A DNA stretch of 36,307 nucleotides from Rickettsiales bacterium (GCA_044351685.1 JBILFK010000001.1:1-36307); one strand, 5' to 3'; numbered from the stretch's first letter, positions 12,681-21,053 are shown. Notes: generated from the sequence alone by a model not told the origin. Made by a program: numbers and translations.

Positions 12681-13085
12681 ATGCCGTTACCACGCCCACC
12701 GCTTACATGCCGCATGCTTTCGCCCGCCGAATTTTTGGCGCTTTCGCCGAGCGCGGAAGCGTTCCCGACCTTCATGAAAGATTTCAGGCACGGCCCAAAC
12801 ACACAGGTTTTTTGTGCCTTTGCAGGTGAAGAATTGGTGGGCATCACCAAACTTACCGTTCTTGCAAGCAATACCAATATCGAGTTTCTGGAAACTTCGG
12901 CCAGCAGCCGCAATCGCGGCGTTGCCAAAGAAATGATGCGGCAGTTATTCGAACACGCCGAGCAGAATGGCGCCGCGCTCACCAATCAGGGATTCACCGG
13001 CGATGGGCAGGACTATTTGCTGCGCGAACTGGCGAAGCTGGAATCGGAATTCCCCGGGCGCTTCCACCATGTTTCCAGCATGTAA
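12681..13085 (+). CDS. GNAT-family N-acetyltransferase
   Basis: 134 aa. 'SSRNRGVAKEMMRQLFEHAEQNG' fits the GNAT motif A (R/Q-x-x-G-x-A/G) acetyl-CoA binding loop. An alternative start lies at 12714. Confidence 0.65.
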   Translation: MPLPRPPLTCRMLSPAEFLALSPSAEAFPTFMKDFRHGPNTQVFCAFAGEELVGITKLTVLASNTNIEFLETSASSRNRGVAKEMMRQLFEHAEQNGAALTNQGFTGDGQDYLLRELAKLESEFPGRFHHVSSM

Positions 13086-14762
13086 CTACACGTGAAACGG
13101 CTTGTATTTGATGCGGGTTGGCACCAGCGATTCGGCGCCTAAGCGTTTTTTGCGGTCTTCTTCGTAATCGGCATAGTTGCCCTCGAACCATTCAACATGG
13201 CTATCGCCCTCGAACGCTAAAATATGCGTGGCGATACGATCAAGAAACCATCTATCGTGCGAAATCACTACCGCGCACCCGGCAAAATCGAGCAGCGCAT
13301 CTTCGAGTGCACGCAAGGTTTCGACATCGAGATCGTTGGTGGGTTCATCGAGCAGCAGCACGTTGGCGCCCGATTTCAGCATTTTTGCCAAATGCACGCG
13401 GTTGCGTTCGCCGCCCGATAACATGGCAATGGTTTTCTGCTGATCGGAACCTTTGAAGTTAAACGCCGAACAATAGGCGCGTGATTTCATTTTCACTTTT
13501 CCCAGCTCGACTTCTTCCGCGCCGCCAGAAATTTCTTCCCACACCGATTTTTTATCGGTCAGCGCATCGCGCGATTGATCCACATAGCCAAGCACCACCG
13601 ATTCACCCACTTTGAAGGTGCCGCCATCGGGCGTTTCGCTGCCGGTGATCATGCGGAACAGCGTGGTTTTACCCGCACCGTTTGGCCCAATCACCCCCAC
13701 GATACCGCCTTTCGGAAGGCTGAAGGATAGGTTTTCAATCAGCAACCGGTCGCCAAAGCCTTTATTCAGGTTTTGCGCTTCAATCACGTTATCGCCAAGG
13801 CGCGCGCCGGGCGGAATAATAATTTGTGCCGTGCCGTTACGCTTCTCTTGTTGCTGCGACACCATTTCATCGTAGGCTTTAAGGCGTGCCTTCGATTTGG
13901 CTTGGCGGGCTTTGGGCGAACTGCGCACCCATTCCAGTTCTTCGGCGATTGCTTTCTGGCGGCTGGATTCTTCTTTTTCTTCCTGCTGCAGTAATTTCTT
14001 TTTCTGCTCGAGCCAGCTGGTGTAATTGCCTTCAAACGGTTTGCCTTCGCCTCTGTCCAGTTCCAATGTCCATGCCGTCACGTTATCAAGGAAGTAACGG
14101 TCGTGGGTTACCATCACCACGTTGCCAGCATAGTTGCGCAGATAATGTTCCAGCCACGCGACTGATTCCGCATCCAAATGGTTGGTGGGTTCATCGAGCA
14201 GTAACATATCGGGTTTTTCAAGCAGCAATTTCGCCAGCGCGATGCGGCGTTTTTCGCCGCCAGAAATTTTCGATACATCGGCATCGCCCGGTGGGCAGCG
14301 CAAGGCTTCCATCGCCAGTTCGATCTCGCGGTCAAGTTCCCATGCGCCAGCCACTTCGATTTTTTCCTGCAGCTCGCCCTGTTTTTCAATCAGCGCCATC
14401 ATTTCATCGTTGTCGGTCACTTCGCCGAGTTTCTCGGAAATGGCGTTAAAATCATCGAGCAATTGCTTCTTTTCTTTCAGCCCTTCCATCACGTTTTCGA
14501 AGGCGTTTTTGGTTTCATCGAGTTTGGGTTCCTGCGCCAGCAAGCCTACTTTGACGCCTTCGGCGGCCCATGCTTCGCCGTTAAATTCGCGATCAAGCCC
14601 CGCCATGATTTTAAGCAGGGTCGATTTCCCTGAACCGTTATGGCCAACAATGCCGATTTTGGCGCCGGGGTAAAACGACAGCCAGATATCTTTCAGCACG
14701 GTTTTGCCGCCCGGATAGGTTTTGGAAAGCCCCTTCATCACGTAGCTATATTGGTTCGACAT
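13086..14762 (-). CDS. ettA: ABC-F translational throttle ATPase EttA
   Basis: 558 aa with two ABC cassettes (Walker A 'GHNGSGKST' and 'GPNGAGKTT'; signatures 'ISGGEKRR' and 'LSGGERNR'). The N-terminus '[31 protein letters not shown]' and the length are typical of EttA/YjjK. Confidence 0.9.
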   Translation of the reverse strand: MSNQYSYVMKGLSKTYPGGKTVLKDIWLSFYPGAKIGIVGHNGSGKSTLLKIMAGLDREFNGEAWAAEGVKVGLLAQEPKLDETKNAFENVMEGLKEKKQLLDDFNAISEKLGEVTDNDEMMALIEKQGELQEKIEVAGAWELDREIELAMEALRCPPGDADVSKISGGEKRRIALAKLLLEKPDMLLLDEPTNHLDAESVAWLEHYLRNYAGNVVMVTHDRYFLDNVTAWTLELDRGEGKPFEGNYTSWLEQKKKLLQQEEKEESSRQKAIAEELEWVRSSPKARQAKSKARLKAYDEMVSQQQEKRNGTAQIIIPPGARLGDNVIEAQNLNKGFGDRLLIENLSFSLPKGGIVGVIGPNGAGKTTLFRMITGSETPDGGTFKVGESVVLGYVDQSRDALTDKKSVWEEISGGAEEVELGKVKMKSRAYCSAFNFKGSDQQKTIAMLSGGERNRVHLAKMLKSGANVLLLDEPTNDLDVETLRALEDALLDFAGCAVVISHDRWFLDRIATHILAFEGDSHVEWFEGNYADYEEDRKKRLGAESLVPTRIKYKPFHV

Positions 14763-14975
14763 GGTAGCCCCCTTGCGCGGATGCGCGGGTTAATAAATTG
14801 ATTTTCCATGACTTAACACGCCGCAAAAATGGCGCAACCCCTATCACCGCGCAATCGTCACACAAATATCATAAAATTTTATCTAATTATCTGTATGATG
14901 GAAATTGGAGTGAACTACGCCCTTCGTGTGCCTGCGCGCCTGCGCATGCCATGGGGGTGTGAACAAAGGAGAAGC

Positions 14976-16250
14976 ATGGTACACAGGCCACAGAGTCTTT
15001 GGGATACCATCGAGGATGTGTTTACCACCACCGACGACGAGCGCGTGGAGACCGCCCGCGCACGCGTTGAGCGCGAGATGTTTTCGACCCCCGAGGCACT
15101 GGCATGGGCACAAAGCCAGGGGCTGAATGTGGCCGCGCAGCAGCGTGGGCCAGAAGGGCTGCGTAACGAAGCCAGCCGCGATTCGGTGCTGTATAGCATG
15201 ATCAATAATTTCTATAGCTGTCACGATAACCTTGAAACCATCCGCAGCCGCTACCGCGAACAAGGCTTCGATAATGGCACCACCACCAAAACCTATTTCT
15301 TCAATATGGGGCCGGGCACACTTGGGCGCGGCGCAAGCAACCATGAAGCCGCCATGGTGGTCGATGAAAGCCAGAACCCGCCCATTATCACGCTCAATTT
15401 CCGTGGCAGTAATTTAAGCGGCTCGCCTTCCGCGTGGCGCGAGGGAGCCGCAGGCAATAATATTTTCAGCAAGATATTTGATATGGGCATGTACCTGTTT
15501 ACCGGGCGCATGGGCAATACACCGATTCCCGAATGGTTAAGCCACCTGAAAGGCTTCATGAGCTACCTAACCGGGCAGGAAGTGCAAAGCTACGATGTAC
15601 AAAGCGAAGCCTTCTGGCGCGATGCCGGACCAGATATCCAGCGTATCATGCAAGAAGTATCTGCGCGCCACCCCGGTGTGGCACCGCAAATTATTATTGC
15701 CGGGCATTCGTATGGGGTCGATGGTGCCACGCGCATGGTACCCCACCTTGCCGAAGCCTTCCCGCAGTGGCGCGAGAATATTTCGCTGGTCGGGTTTGGT
15801 GGTGTGCCGAGCTTTAGTGCGACCGAACAAGAACGTATTTACGGCCTGCTTGGCAATAACCCCGAGCGCGCTCGCCAATATGGCAATCAGGGCGATTGGA
15901 TCGATCCGGTAGCGTTTGTGCAGCAATATATTCCGATTTTTAATCTGCAATCGATGCTCGGCACCACCGGGTCGGTGGGCGAACGCCGCGTGATGATTGG
16001 CGGTAACGGCCATGATTATACGGTGTCATCGCAGATGCATGCGATGATCGAAAGCATCGAGCGCGATATCGCGCGCGACCCAGCCAATGCCGATGCCCGC
16101 GCCCGCGCCATTATCGATAATTACCGCCGCGATCCAAGTTCCGCGCTTAGCCAGCTGGCGCAATATGCCACCGGTAACACGGGCGGTAGCACACCACCGA
16201 ATGTTGCGCCGCGTGGCAGCGAGCGCGGGGCAGTGCCGGTTCCGGCCTAG
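14976..16250 (+). CDS. Alpha/beta-hydrolase (lipase-like) fold orphan protein
   Basis: The ORF is open from 14829. ATG 14976 follows AAGGAG at about 4-nt spacing. A nucleophile-elbow-like 'IIIAGHSYGVDGA' (G-H-S-x-G) is present. There is no signal peptide, and the C-terminus is Ala/Arg/Pro-rich and looks disordered. Confidence 0.45.
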   Translation: MVHRPQSLWDTIEDVFTTTDDERVETARARVEREMFSTPEALAWAQSQGLNVAAQQRGPEGLRNEASRDSVLYSMINNFYSCHDNLETIRSRYREQGFDNGTTTKTYFFNMGPGTLGRGASNHEAAMVVDESQNPPIITLNFRGSNLSGSPSAWREGAAGNNIFSKIFDMGMYLFTGRMGNTPIPEWLSHLKGFMSYLTGQEVQSYDVQSEAFWRDAGPDIQRIMQEVSARHPGVAPQIIIAGHSYGVDGATRMVPHLAEAFPQWRENISLVGFGGVPSFSATEQERIYGLLGNNPERARQYGNQGDWIDPVAFVQQYIPIFNLQSMLGTTGSVGERRVMIGGNGHDYTVSSQMHAMIESIERDIARDPANADARARAIIDNYRRDPSSALSQLAQYATGNTGGSTPPNVAPRGSERGAVPVPA

Positions 16251-16265
16251 TGATTGTTTGTGCTA

Positions 16266-16369
16266 CGGTCGAGCACATTCTGTGCTGACCTTCGCGTAGC
16301 TCCGCTAGCTCTTGGCAGACTCGCGACGTGCTGTCGCTCGAATCACAAAATAATCTTCAATGCGAGCAC
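16266..16369 (+). repeat. Dispersed intergenic repeat (copy 2: core plus part of right arm)
   Basis: The first 58 nt differ from 21054..21111 at 6 positions (hand count). Weaker similarity continues to 'tgcgagcac'. It lies between the convergent lipase-like gene and tadA. Confidence 0.85.
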
Positions 16370-16386
16370 AATAAAGAAGCGGCGCG

Positions 16387-16845
16387 TTATCTTTTTAAAC
16401 GAAAGAACTCCTTCAAGAGTGCTGCGCATTCCGCTTCCATTACCCCGCCAATAATTTCGGGCGTGTGGTGGCAGGTGGGTTGCGAAAATATCCGCGCGCC
16501 ATGTTCTACACCGCCGCCTTTGGCATCGTAGGCACCAAAAATTAGTTTGCCGATTTTTGCATGCGCAATTGCCTGCGCGCACATGGCGCAGGGTTCGAGC
16601 GTGACCACTAGGGTGCAATCGGTCAGGTATTTTTCGCCGCGCGCAGCGCATGCTTTTTGAATAGCGATTAGTTCGGCATGCGCAGTGGCATTTTTTTGCG
16701 CCTCCACTTCGTTGGTGGCTTCAGAAAGCACATTCCCCTGCGCATCGAGCACGCAGGCAGCAATCGGCACTTCGCCGCGCGCAGCGGCGTGCCTTGCAAG
16801 TGTGAGAAGATGCTGTACCTTAGAAATTGTCATGTCGTGCCGCAT
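16387..16845 (-). CDS. tadA: tRNA adenosine(34) deaminase
   Basis: 152 aa with CMP/dCMP-deaminase zinc motifs 'HAELIAI' and 'PCAMCAQAI'. Size and sequence are typical of TadA. Confidence 0.88.
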   Translation of the reverse strand: MRHDMTISKVQHLLTLARHAAARGEVPIAACVLDAQGNVLSEATNEVEAQKNATAHAELIAIQKACAARGEKYLTDCTLVVTLEPCAMCAQAIAHAKIGKLIFGAYDAKGGGVEHGARIFSQPTCHHTPEIIGGVMEAECAALLKEFFRLKR

Positions 16846-16876
16846 TCATTGCGGCATCCGTGTAGCAGAGAGCAGA

Positions 16877-16895
16877 CCCCGCAACAAGTGCGGGG
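16877..16895 (-). terminator. Possible weak intrinsic terminator after sspB
   Basis: On the minus strand: CCCCGCA-cttgt-TGCGGGG (7-bp GC-rich stem) followed by TCTGCTCTCT. The U-tract is poor. Confidence 0.3.
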
Positions 16896-16980
16896 TGACA
16901 ACATAGTGTCGTAGTGGGAAACAGCCATGAGCCCGCGAAGCGGCGCGAAGGACTAGCGAAGCGATGTCCGCAGCAAAAAA

Positions 16981-17490
16981 CTAACGTTTGCGGAAGGCTT
17001 CTAACGACACCACTTTTTCATCGTTGGCGGCGGTGGCATCATCTTTGGGTTCTTCTTCTTCGAAGCTGGCGCTTGATGGTTTTTCGCGGCCGGTTTTGCC
17101 GGTGGCGGGGCAGGCCACTTTTTCATCGACAGGTTGTTTGCCATGAAATTGTAGGCCGAATTTAATCGAAGGGTCGGCAAACGCCGTCAGCGCATCGAAC
17201 GGCACGACAAGTTTTTCGGGGATATTATTGAAGCTGAGCATGAGTGAGAAATACGTATCGGTCATGTGCAGATCCCAGAACTGGTGCTGCACCACGATGG
17301 TGATTTCCTCGGGGTAGCGCGCCTTTAACTGCGGCGAAATTTGCACACCCGGATAATGCGTTTGAAACGAAATGAAGAAATGATGTTCGCCCGGCAGGCC
17401 GTATTGCTGCACATGGGTCAGCGCTTGCCGCACCACGCTGCGCATGGCGGTGTCGATCATCAGCGGATAGTCTATTGTTTCATTCGTCAT
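16981..17490 (-). CDS. sspB: ClpXP adaptor SspB (alpha-proteobacterial type)
   Basis: 169 aa. 'LPGEHHFFISFQTHYPGVQISPQLKARYPEEITIVVQHQFWDL...PFDALTAFADPSIKFGLQF' closely parallels my recollection of the Caulobacter SspB-alpha substrate-binding domain. The acidic/flexible tail ends in a short basic ClpX-binding-like 'LEAFRKR'. Confidence 0.85.
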   Translation of the reverse strand: MTNETIDYPLMIDTAMRSVVRQALTHVQQYGLPGEHHFFISFQTHYPGVQISPQLKARYPEEITIVVQHQFWDLHMTDTYFSLMLSFNNIPEKLVVPFDALTAFADPSIKFGLQFHGKQPVDEKVACPATGKTGREKPSSASFEEEEPKDDATAANDEKVVSLEAFRKR

Positions 17491-17545
17491 AGCGCCGTTT
17501 TTAGCCTGTTTATGTTTCGTTTGCTACTTAAATTATAGCGTAAGC

Positions 17546-17849
17546 GGCCATTGCTTCTGTTGCCCGGTGCAATGGCCAAAACCGCGTTACGAGCTAGAGC
17601 TCGTCAAGCCACACTAAGCGGCCAGACGGGCTGCTACGACGTTGTTGTCGTTAGCTGCAACGAGTGCTACGTTGTCGTTTGCACTTAAAAAGTGACCGAT
17701 TACAGCAGGTCACGCTGGGCAAAAGCCACATCTTTATTGCGTCTGTCGAAGCTAACTCGGCCCCGTAAATGGTGGAGCCGCCGGGTTCTGCCCCCGGGTC
17801 CAAATCGCCTATGCCATGTAGTGTTTATCGCCATAGTTCCCGAAGGAAC
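17546..17849 (-). ncRNA. ssrA: Two-piece (circularly permuted) tmRNA gene
   Basis: Minus strand: the acceptor piece ends '...GGAC-CCGGG-GGCAGAA-CCCGG-CGGCTCC-ACCA' (CCA 3' end at 17770). A 5-nt spacer TTTAC follows. The coding piece then starts 'GGGGCCGAGTTAGCTTCGAC' at 17764. GGGGCCG pairs with CGGCTCC, giving G3:U70 plus discriminator A. The tag reading frame is 17682..17614, GCA AAC GAC AAC ... = ANDNVALVAANDNNVVAARLAA-stop. The outer boundaries are approximate. Confidence 0.85.
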
Positions 17850-17855
17850 GCGTGC

Positions 17856-17884
17856 ATTATATAGCGTTGTGCGTCGGTAGTCCA
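17856..17884 (-). promoter_or_regulatory. Sigma70-type promoter candidate for ssrA
   Basis: Minus strand: TGGACT (17884..17879), a 17-nt spacer, then TATAAT (17861..17856). It is placed just upstream of the predicted start of the acceptor piece. Confidence 0.55.
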
Positions 17885-17972
17885 GCACAACGAGGGCTTA
17901 GCATCACGACACCTCACCCCCAGAATGTGACAATTCGGTGAAATGCGCAATTCCATCAAATTTTAGGCATTA

Positions 17973-18006
17973 TTGTCATCATGCTGTCACAGAACCACTG
18001 TAAAAC
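17973..18006 (+). promoter_or_regulatory. Pho-box-like direct repeat plus -10-like hexamer upstream of the 662-aa orphan
   Basis: TTGTCAT-CATG-CTGTCAC (17973..17990), a 10-nt spacer, then TAAAAC (18001..18006). The two heptamers match the E. coli Pho-box heptamer CTGTCA(T/C) at 13 of 14 positions with the canonical 4-nt spacer. The same 18-mer, differing at one base, occurs at 23356. Confidence 0.55.
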
Positions 18007-18031
18007 TGGAATTGTATAAAATTTTAAGAGA

Positions 18032-20020
18032 ATGCGTATGACAGTATTTTCAGCAGCACCAACGGCAACCTCACCCGCTCCGGCAGCTCCGGCTCCGGTT
18101 GCACCAGCAGCAGCGGCTCCAGCCCCTGCGGCAGCATCCGTCATTACTATCGGCGGGCAACAGGTGAATCTTGCGAATTTAAGCGTGGAAGATGGGCTTG
18201 CCATCTACCAAATGCTGACGCCAGAGCAAAAACGTCAGGCCGATACCATCGCTGGGTTCGTGCAAAACCACGAACGTACGCTCAATGTTGATATTCCTCA
18301 GAACCTGACACTCGAAAACGCGTATTCACAATATATGGCAGCATTGCGTACCGGTGGTGGCCAGCTTACCGACACCGCAGAGGGCTGGATGCGGCAGATG
18401 GATGCCGCTGTCGGCAATCAGGTACGCGGACAAATGCGTGAACAAATTCCTGGCTATGCTGCTGCAGAAACCGCTGGAAATACCGTTTCTTTCCTTGCCA
18501 ATGCAGGAAGCGCAGCTGTTGAAACGTTTTTCATGGTGCCGTTGTGGAGCCGTGGGCCTGGAGTCATCAGCAATCTGTTTTCTGAAGGTGCAGGGGCAAT
18601 CGGTCAAGGTGCAAGCCCCGAGCAAGCACATGCCTTTGCTGCTGCCTATGTGGCTGCACAAGCCGATGCTGATCGCCAGAATGCGGCCCCGAACGCTTCA
18701 CCTACCCAGCAAGCTCCAAGCTGGATAGATTCTGGCGTGGCGTGGGTGCAAGCTGCCTTCACCTGGTTGATGCATACCGTGCCGTTCATTCCACAAGTGT
18801 TCGAATGGATTGGCAGCGGCTTTGGCAGCTGGGCAGAAGCAGGCAACCGCGTGCATGAAAAACAAGCGCAAGAGCTGCGCGATTTAGGTGGCAACCTGGA
18901 TATTGGTAGCATGCAGCAACGTATTTTAAGCCGCAACGTGACACAGAGCACCGCCGAACGCACACGCCACACCGCAAGTGATATTTTAACCGCTGCTGGC
19001 CGTGTCGCTGATCTTGATGCAGCACCGATTGCAGGCTTGCTTGCCAATGGTGGTTTCTATCAGCGCCAAGATGGTACTCGTGCACGCGTGCGCCCCTTCA
19101 ATGGCACCGCGCTTCAAGAAGAAGTGCTGATGAACCCACAAACCGGTGAGCCAATCACCCGCCTGGATCGTGCGGGGAATGATGTTAGCTCGCTTATTCC
19201 TGGTAACGCTGATGGCGGTAGCTTTGATTTGACAAGCACTGCTGTGGGCACGGTTGCTGGTGGCGCGCTTGCTGCAAAATATCGCGTTCCTCAGCGTGTT
19301 GGTGGATTCATTAACAACAGAATTATTAGCCCGGTGACGGGTCTGGTTGGTCGTGAAGCAACAACGATTCGCACGGCGGCAAATGAAACCGCAGCACTCA
19401 GTCGCGCGGGCTATCTTGGGTTTGCTGGACAAGCGGCATCACCGCTGCTGCGTCGTGCAGGCTACGTGGGCGTAGCGATTGGTGCCGTAGGCGATGCCGT
19501 GTCAGTTGGCGATTCGGCCATCCATGGTGATGGTGCCGGTGTCGCAGTTCACGGCTCCGAGCTGGTAGGCACAGCTGCGGGCGGAGTAGGTGGTGCTATC
19601 GGTGGTGGTTCTGTAGGCGGATGGATTGGTGCTGGAGTAGGCACGGTTATTAGTGGCGTTGTCGGTTTCTTCTCGGGTGGAACGGGATTAGTTGCAGCAC
19701 CTGCCATTATTTCCGCTAGTACGGCCATCGGAACTGTTGCCGGTAGCGTTGCTGGTGGCTGGTTCGGTGCCGATGCAGGCCGGAACGTTGCGGGTGGCAC
19801 CGCGCGCGCACTAGTGGGAGAATCCGCAGTCGATGCGCGTAACAGAGAACAAGCTGATGCATCGGCACGCGTCGAAGCCGCCCGCGATCAGGCGAATGGT
19901 GCCACCGGCGGCTTCCGTTGGCCGTGGGAATCGGCAAGTGCCGATGCACCAGTAGACCCACGCGCTGTTGGTGCAGCAGCACCTGCACGTGGTACACCAA
20001 CCTTACTCGCCGCTGTCTAA
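18032..20020 (+). CDS. Orphan protein with Ala/Pro-rich N-terminus and C-terminal glycine-zipper membrane region
   Basis: 662-aa ORF. ATG 18038 has better spacing to the AAGAG Shine-Dalgarno than 18032. The N-terminus is 'APTATSPAPAAPAPVAPAAAAPAPAAA'. The C-terminal ~130 aa carry GxxxG/AxxxG repeats ('GGVGGAIGGGSVGGWIGAGVGTVISGVVGFFSGGTGLVAAPAIISASTAIGTVAGSVAGGWFG'). No Sec signal. Confidence 0.7.
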   Translation: MRMTVFSAAPTATSPAPAAPAPVAPAAAAPAPAAASVITIGGQQVNLANLSVEDGLAIYQMLTPEQKRQADTIAGFVQNHERTLNVDIPQNLTLENAYSQYMAALRTGGGQLTDTAEGWMRQMDAAVGNQVRGQMREQIPGYAAAETAGNTVSFLANAGSAAVETFFMVPLWSRGPGVISNLFSEGAGAIGQGASPEQAHAFAAAYVAAQADADRQNAAPNASPTQQAPSWIDSGVAWVQAAFTWLMHTVPFIPQVFEWIGSGFGSWAEAGNRVHEKQAQELRDLGGNLDIGSMQQRILSRNVTQSTAERTRHTASDILTAAGRVADLDAAPIAGLLANGGFYQRQDGTRARVRPFNGTALQEEVLMNPQTGEPITRLDRAGNDVSSLIPGNADGGSFDLTSTAVGTVAGGALAAKYRVPQRVGGFINNRIISPVTGLVGREATTIRTAANETAALSRAGYLGFAGQAASPLLRRAGYVGVAIGAVGDAVSVGDSAIHGDGAGVAVHGSELVGTAAGGVGGAIGGGSVGGWIGAGVGTVISGVVGFFSGGTGLVAAPAIISASTAIGTVAGSVAGGWFGADAGRNVAGGTARALVGESAVDARNREQADASARVEAARDQANGATGGFRWPWESASADAPVDPRAVGAAAPARGTPTLLAAV

Positions 20021-20039
20021 GCAGCTAACTCTGGATAAC

Positions 20040-20076
20040 ACGCACGCGGGCATTGCCTTGCGTGCGTTTGCGTTTT
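20040..20076 (+). terminator. Rho-independent terminator candidate
   Basis: ACGCACGC-(12-nt loop)-GCGTGCGT, an 8-bp stem followed by TTGCGTTTT. It starts 20 nt after the stop of the 662-aa gene. Confidence 0.6.
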
Positions 20077-20098
20077 AATCTGCGGCATCATTCACTTT

Positions 20099-21040
20099 GT
20101 GCGAGATGAACCCATGTCCGCTGCCATCAAATACCCTGACGCTTCCGAACCGGCTGAAACCTTCACCACCAAACGCGCCACCGTGCCCGCCATTGAGGCC
20201 TTGCTTGGCGAAGCCATCCCTGTGCTCGATCATGGGTTTGTGCGTGTGGTCGATTATATGGGCGATGATAGCGCGATTGTGCAGGCTGCGCGCGTTTCGT
20301 ATGGCAAAGGCACCAAGCAGGTGAATCAGGATAAAGGCCTGATTAACTACCTGATGCGCCACTGGCACAGCACGCCGTTTGAAATGTGCGAAATGAAATT
20401 CCATGTGAAATTGCCGATGTTCGTGGCGCGGCAATGGATTCGCCACCGCACCGCTAACGTGAACGAATATTCGGCGCGCTATTCAATTCTAGATAAAGAA
20501 TTTTATGTGCCCAAGCTCGAACATTTAAGCCCACAATCGAAGCAGAACCATCAGGGTCGTAGCGAAGAAAGCCTAAGCGAGCAAGAAGCACAGCATGCGT
20601 TGCATCTGCTGAAATCCGATGCGCTACAAACCTATGCGCATTACGAAGAACTTATGAACTGCGACCGCGACGGCAATGTGCTAGATGAAAGCAAACAAGG
20701 CCTGGCGCGCGAACTGGCGCGCATGAACCTTACCATGAATTATTATACGCAGTGGTATTGGAAAATTGATCTGCATAACCTGATGCATTTTTTAATGCTG
20801 CGTGCTGACGCGCATGCGCAATATGAAATTCGCGCTTACGCCGATGTGATGATTGATATCATGAAGCAATGGGTGCCGTTTGCGCACGAAGCCTTCGAGG
20901 AACATCGCCAGCACGGCACGCGCCTTTCGCGCAGTGGTTTGGCGGTAGTGAAGCGCATGATCGCTGGCGAAAAAGTGACGCAAGAAACCAGCGGCCTCAC
21001 CAAACGCGAGTGGGAAGAGCTGCAAGCTTCGCTTGCATAA
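20099..21040 (+). CDS. thyX: FAD-dependent thymidylate synthase ThyX
   Basis: 313 aa (GTG 20099; alternative ATG 20114). ThyX signature '[15 protein letters not shown]' (RHRxxSxxxxSxRY-type) and '[24 protein letters not shown]'. Confidence 0.9.
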   Translation: MRDEPMSAAIKYPDASEPAETFTTKRATVPAIEALLGEAIPVLDHGFVRVVDYMGDDSAIVQAARVSYGKGTKQVNQDKGLINYLMRHWHSTPFEMCEMKFHVKLPMFVARQWIRHRTANVNEYSARYSILDKEFYVPKLEHLSPQSKQNHQGRSEESLSEQEAQHALHLLKSDALQTYAHYEELMNCDRDGNVLDESKQGLARELARMNLTMNYYTQWYWKIDLHNLMHFLMLRADAHAQYEIRAYADVMIDIMKQWVPFAHEAFEEHRQHGTRLSRSGLAVVKRMIAGEKVTQETSGLTKREWEELQASLA

Positions 21041-21049
21041 TTCTTTTTT
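21022..21049 (+). terminator. Possible terminator overlapping the thyX stop
   Basis: GCAAGC-ttc-GCTTGC followed by ATAATTCTTTTTT. The stem is short, but there is a 6-T run. Confidence 0.4.
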
Positions 21050-21053
21050 GCTG

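Noticed and set aside
17775-17800. Plus-strand 'CCGGG-TTCTGCC-CCCGG' resembles a tRNA T-arm with a TTC loop.
   Set aside because: No acceptor stem, anticodon arm or CCA context exists on the plus strand. On the minus strand the same bases form the T-arm of the tmRNA acceptor piece, which has full supporting context: G3:U70 stem, ACCA end and tag ORF.
17491-18031. ssrA as the integration site of a genomic island comprising the orphan block.
   Set aside because: Islands normally insert at the 3' end of ssrA and leave a direct repeat plus an integrase. Here the orphan block lies on the promoter side, and I saw no integrase gene or duplicated ssrA 3' segment.
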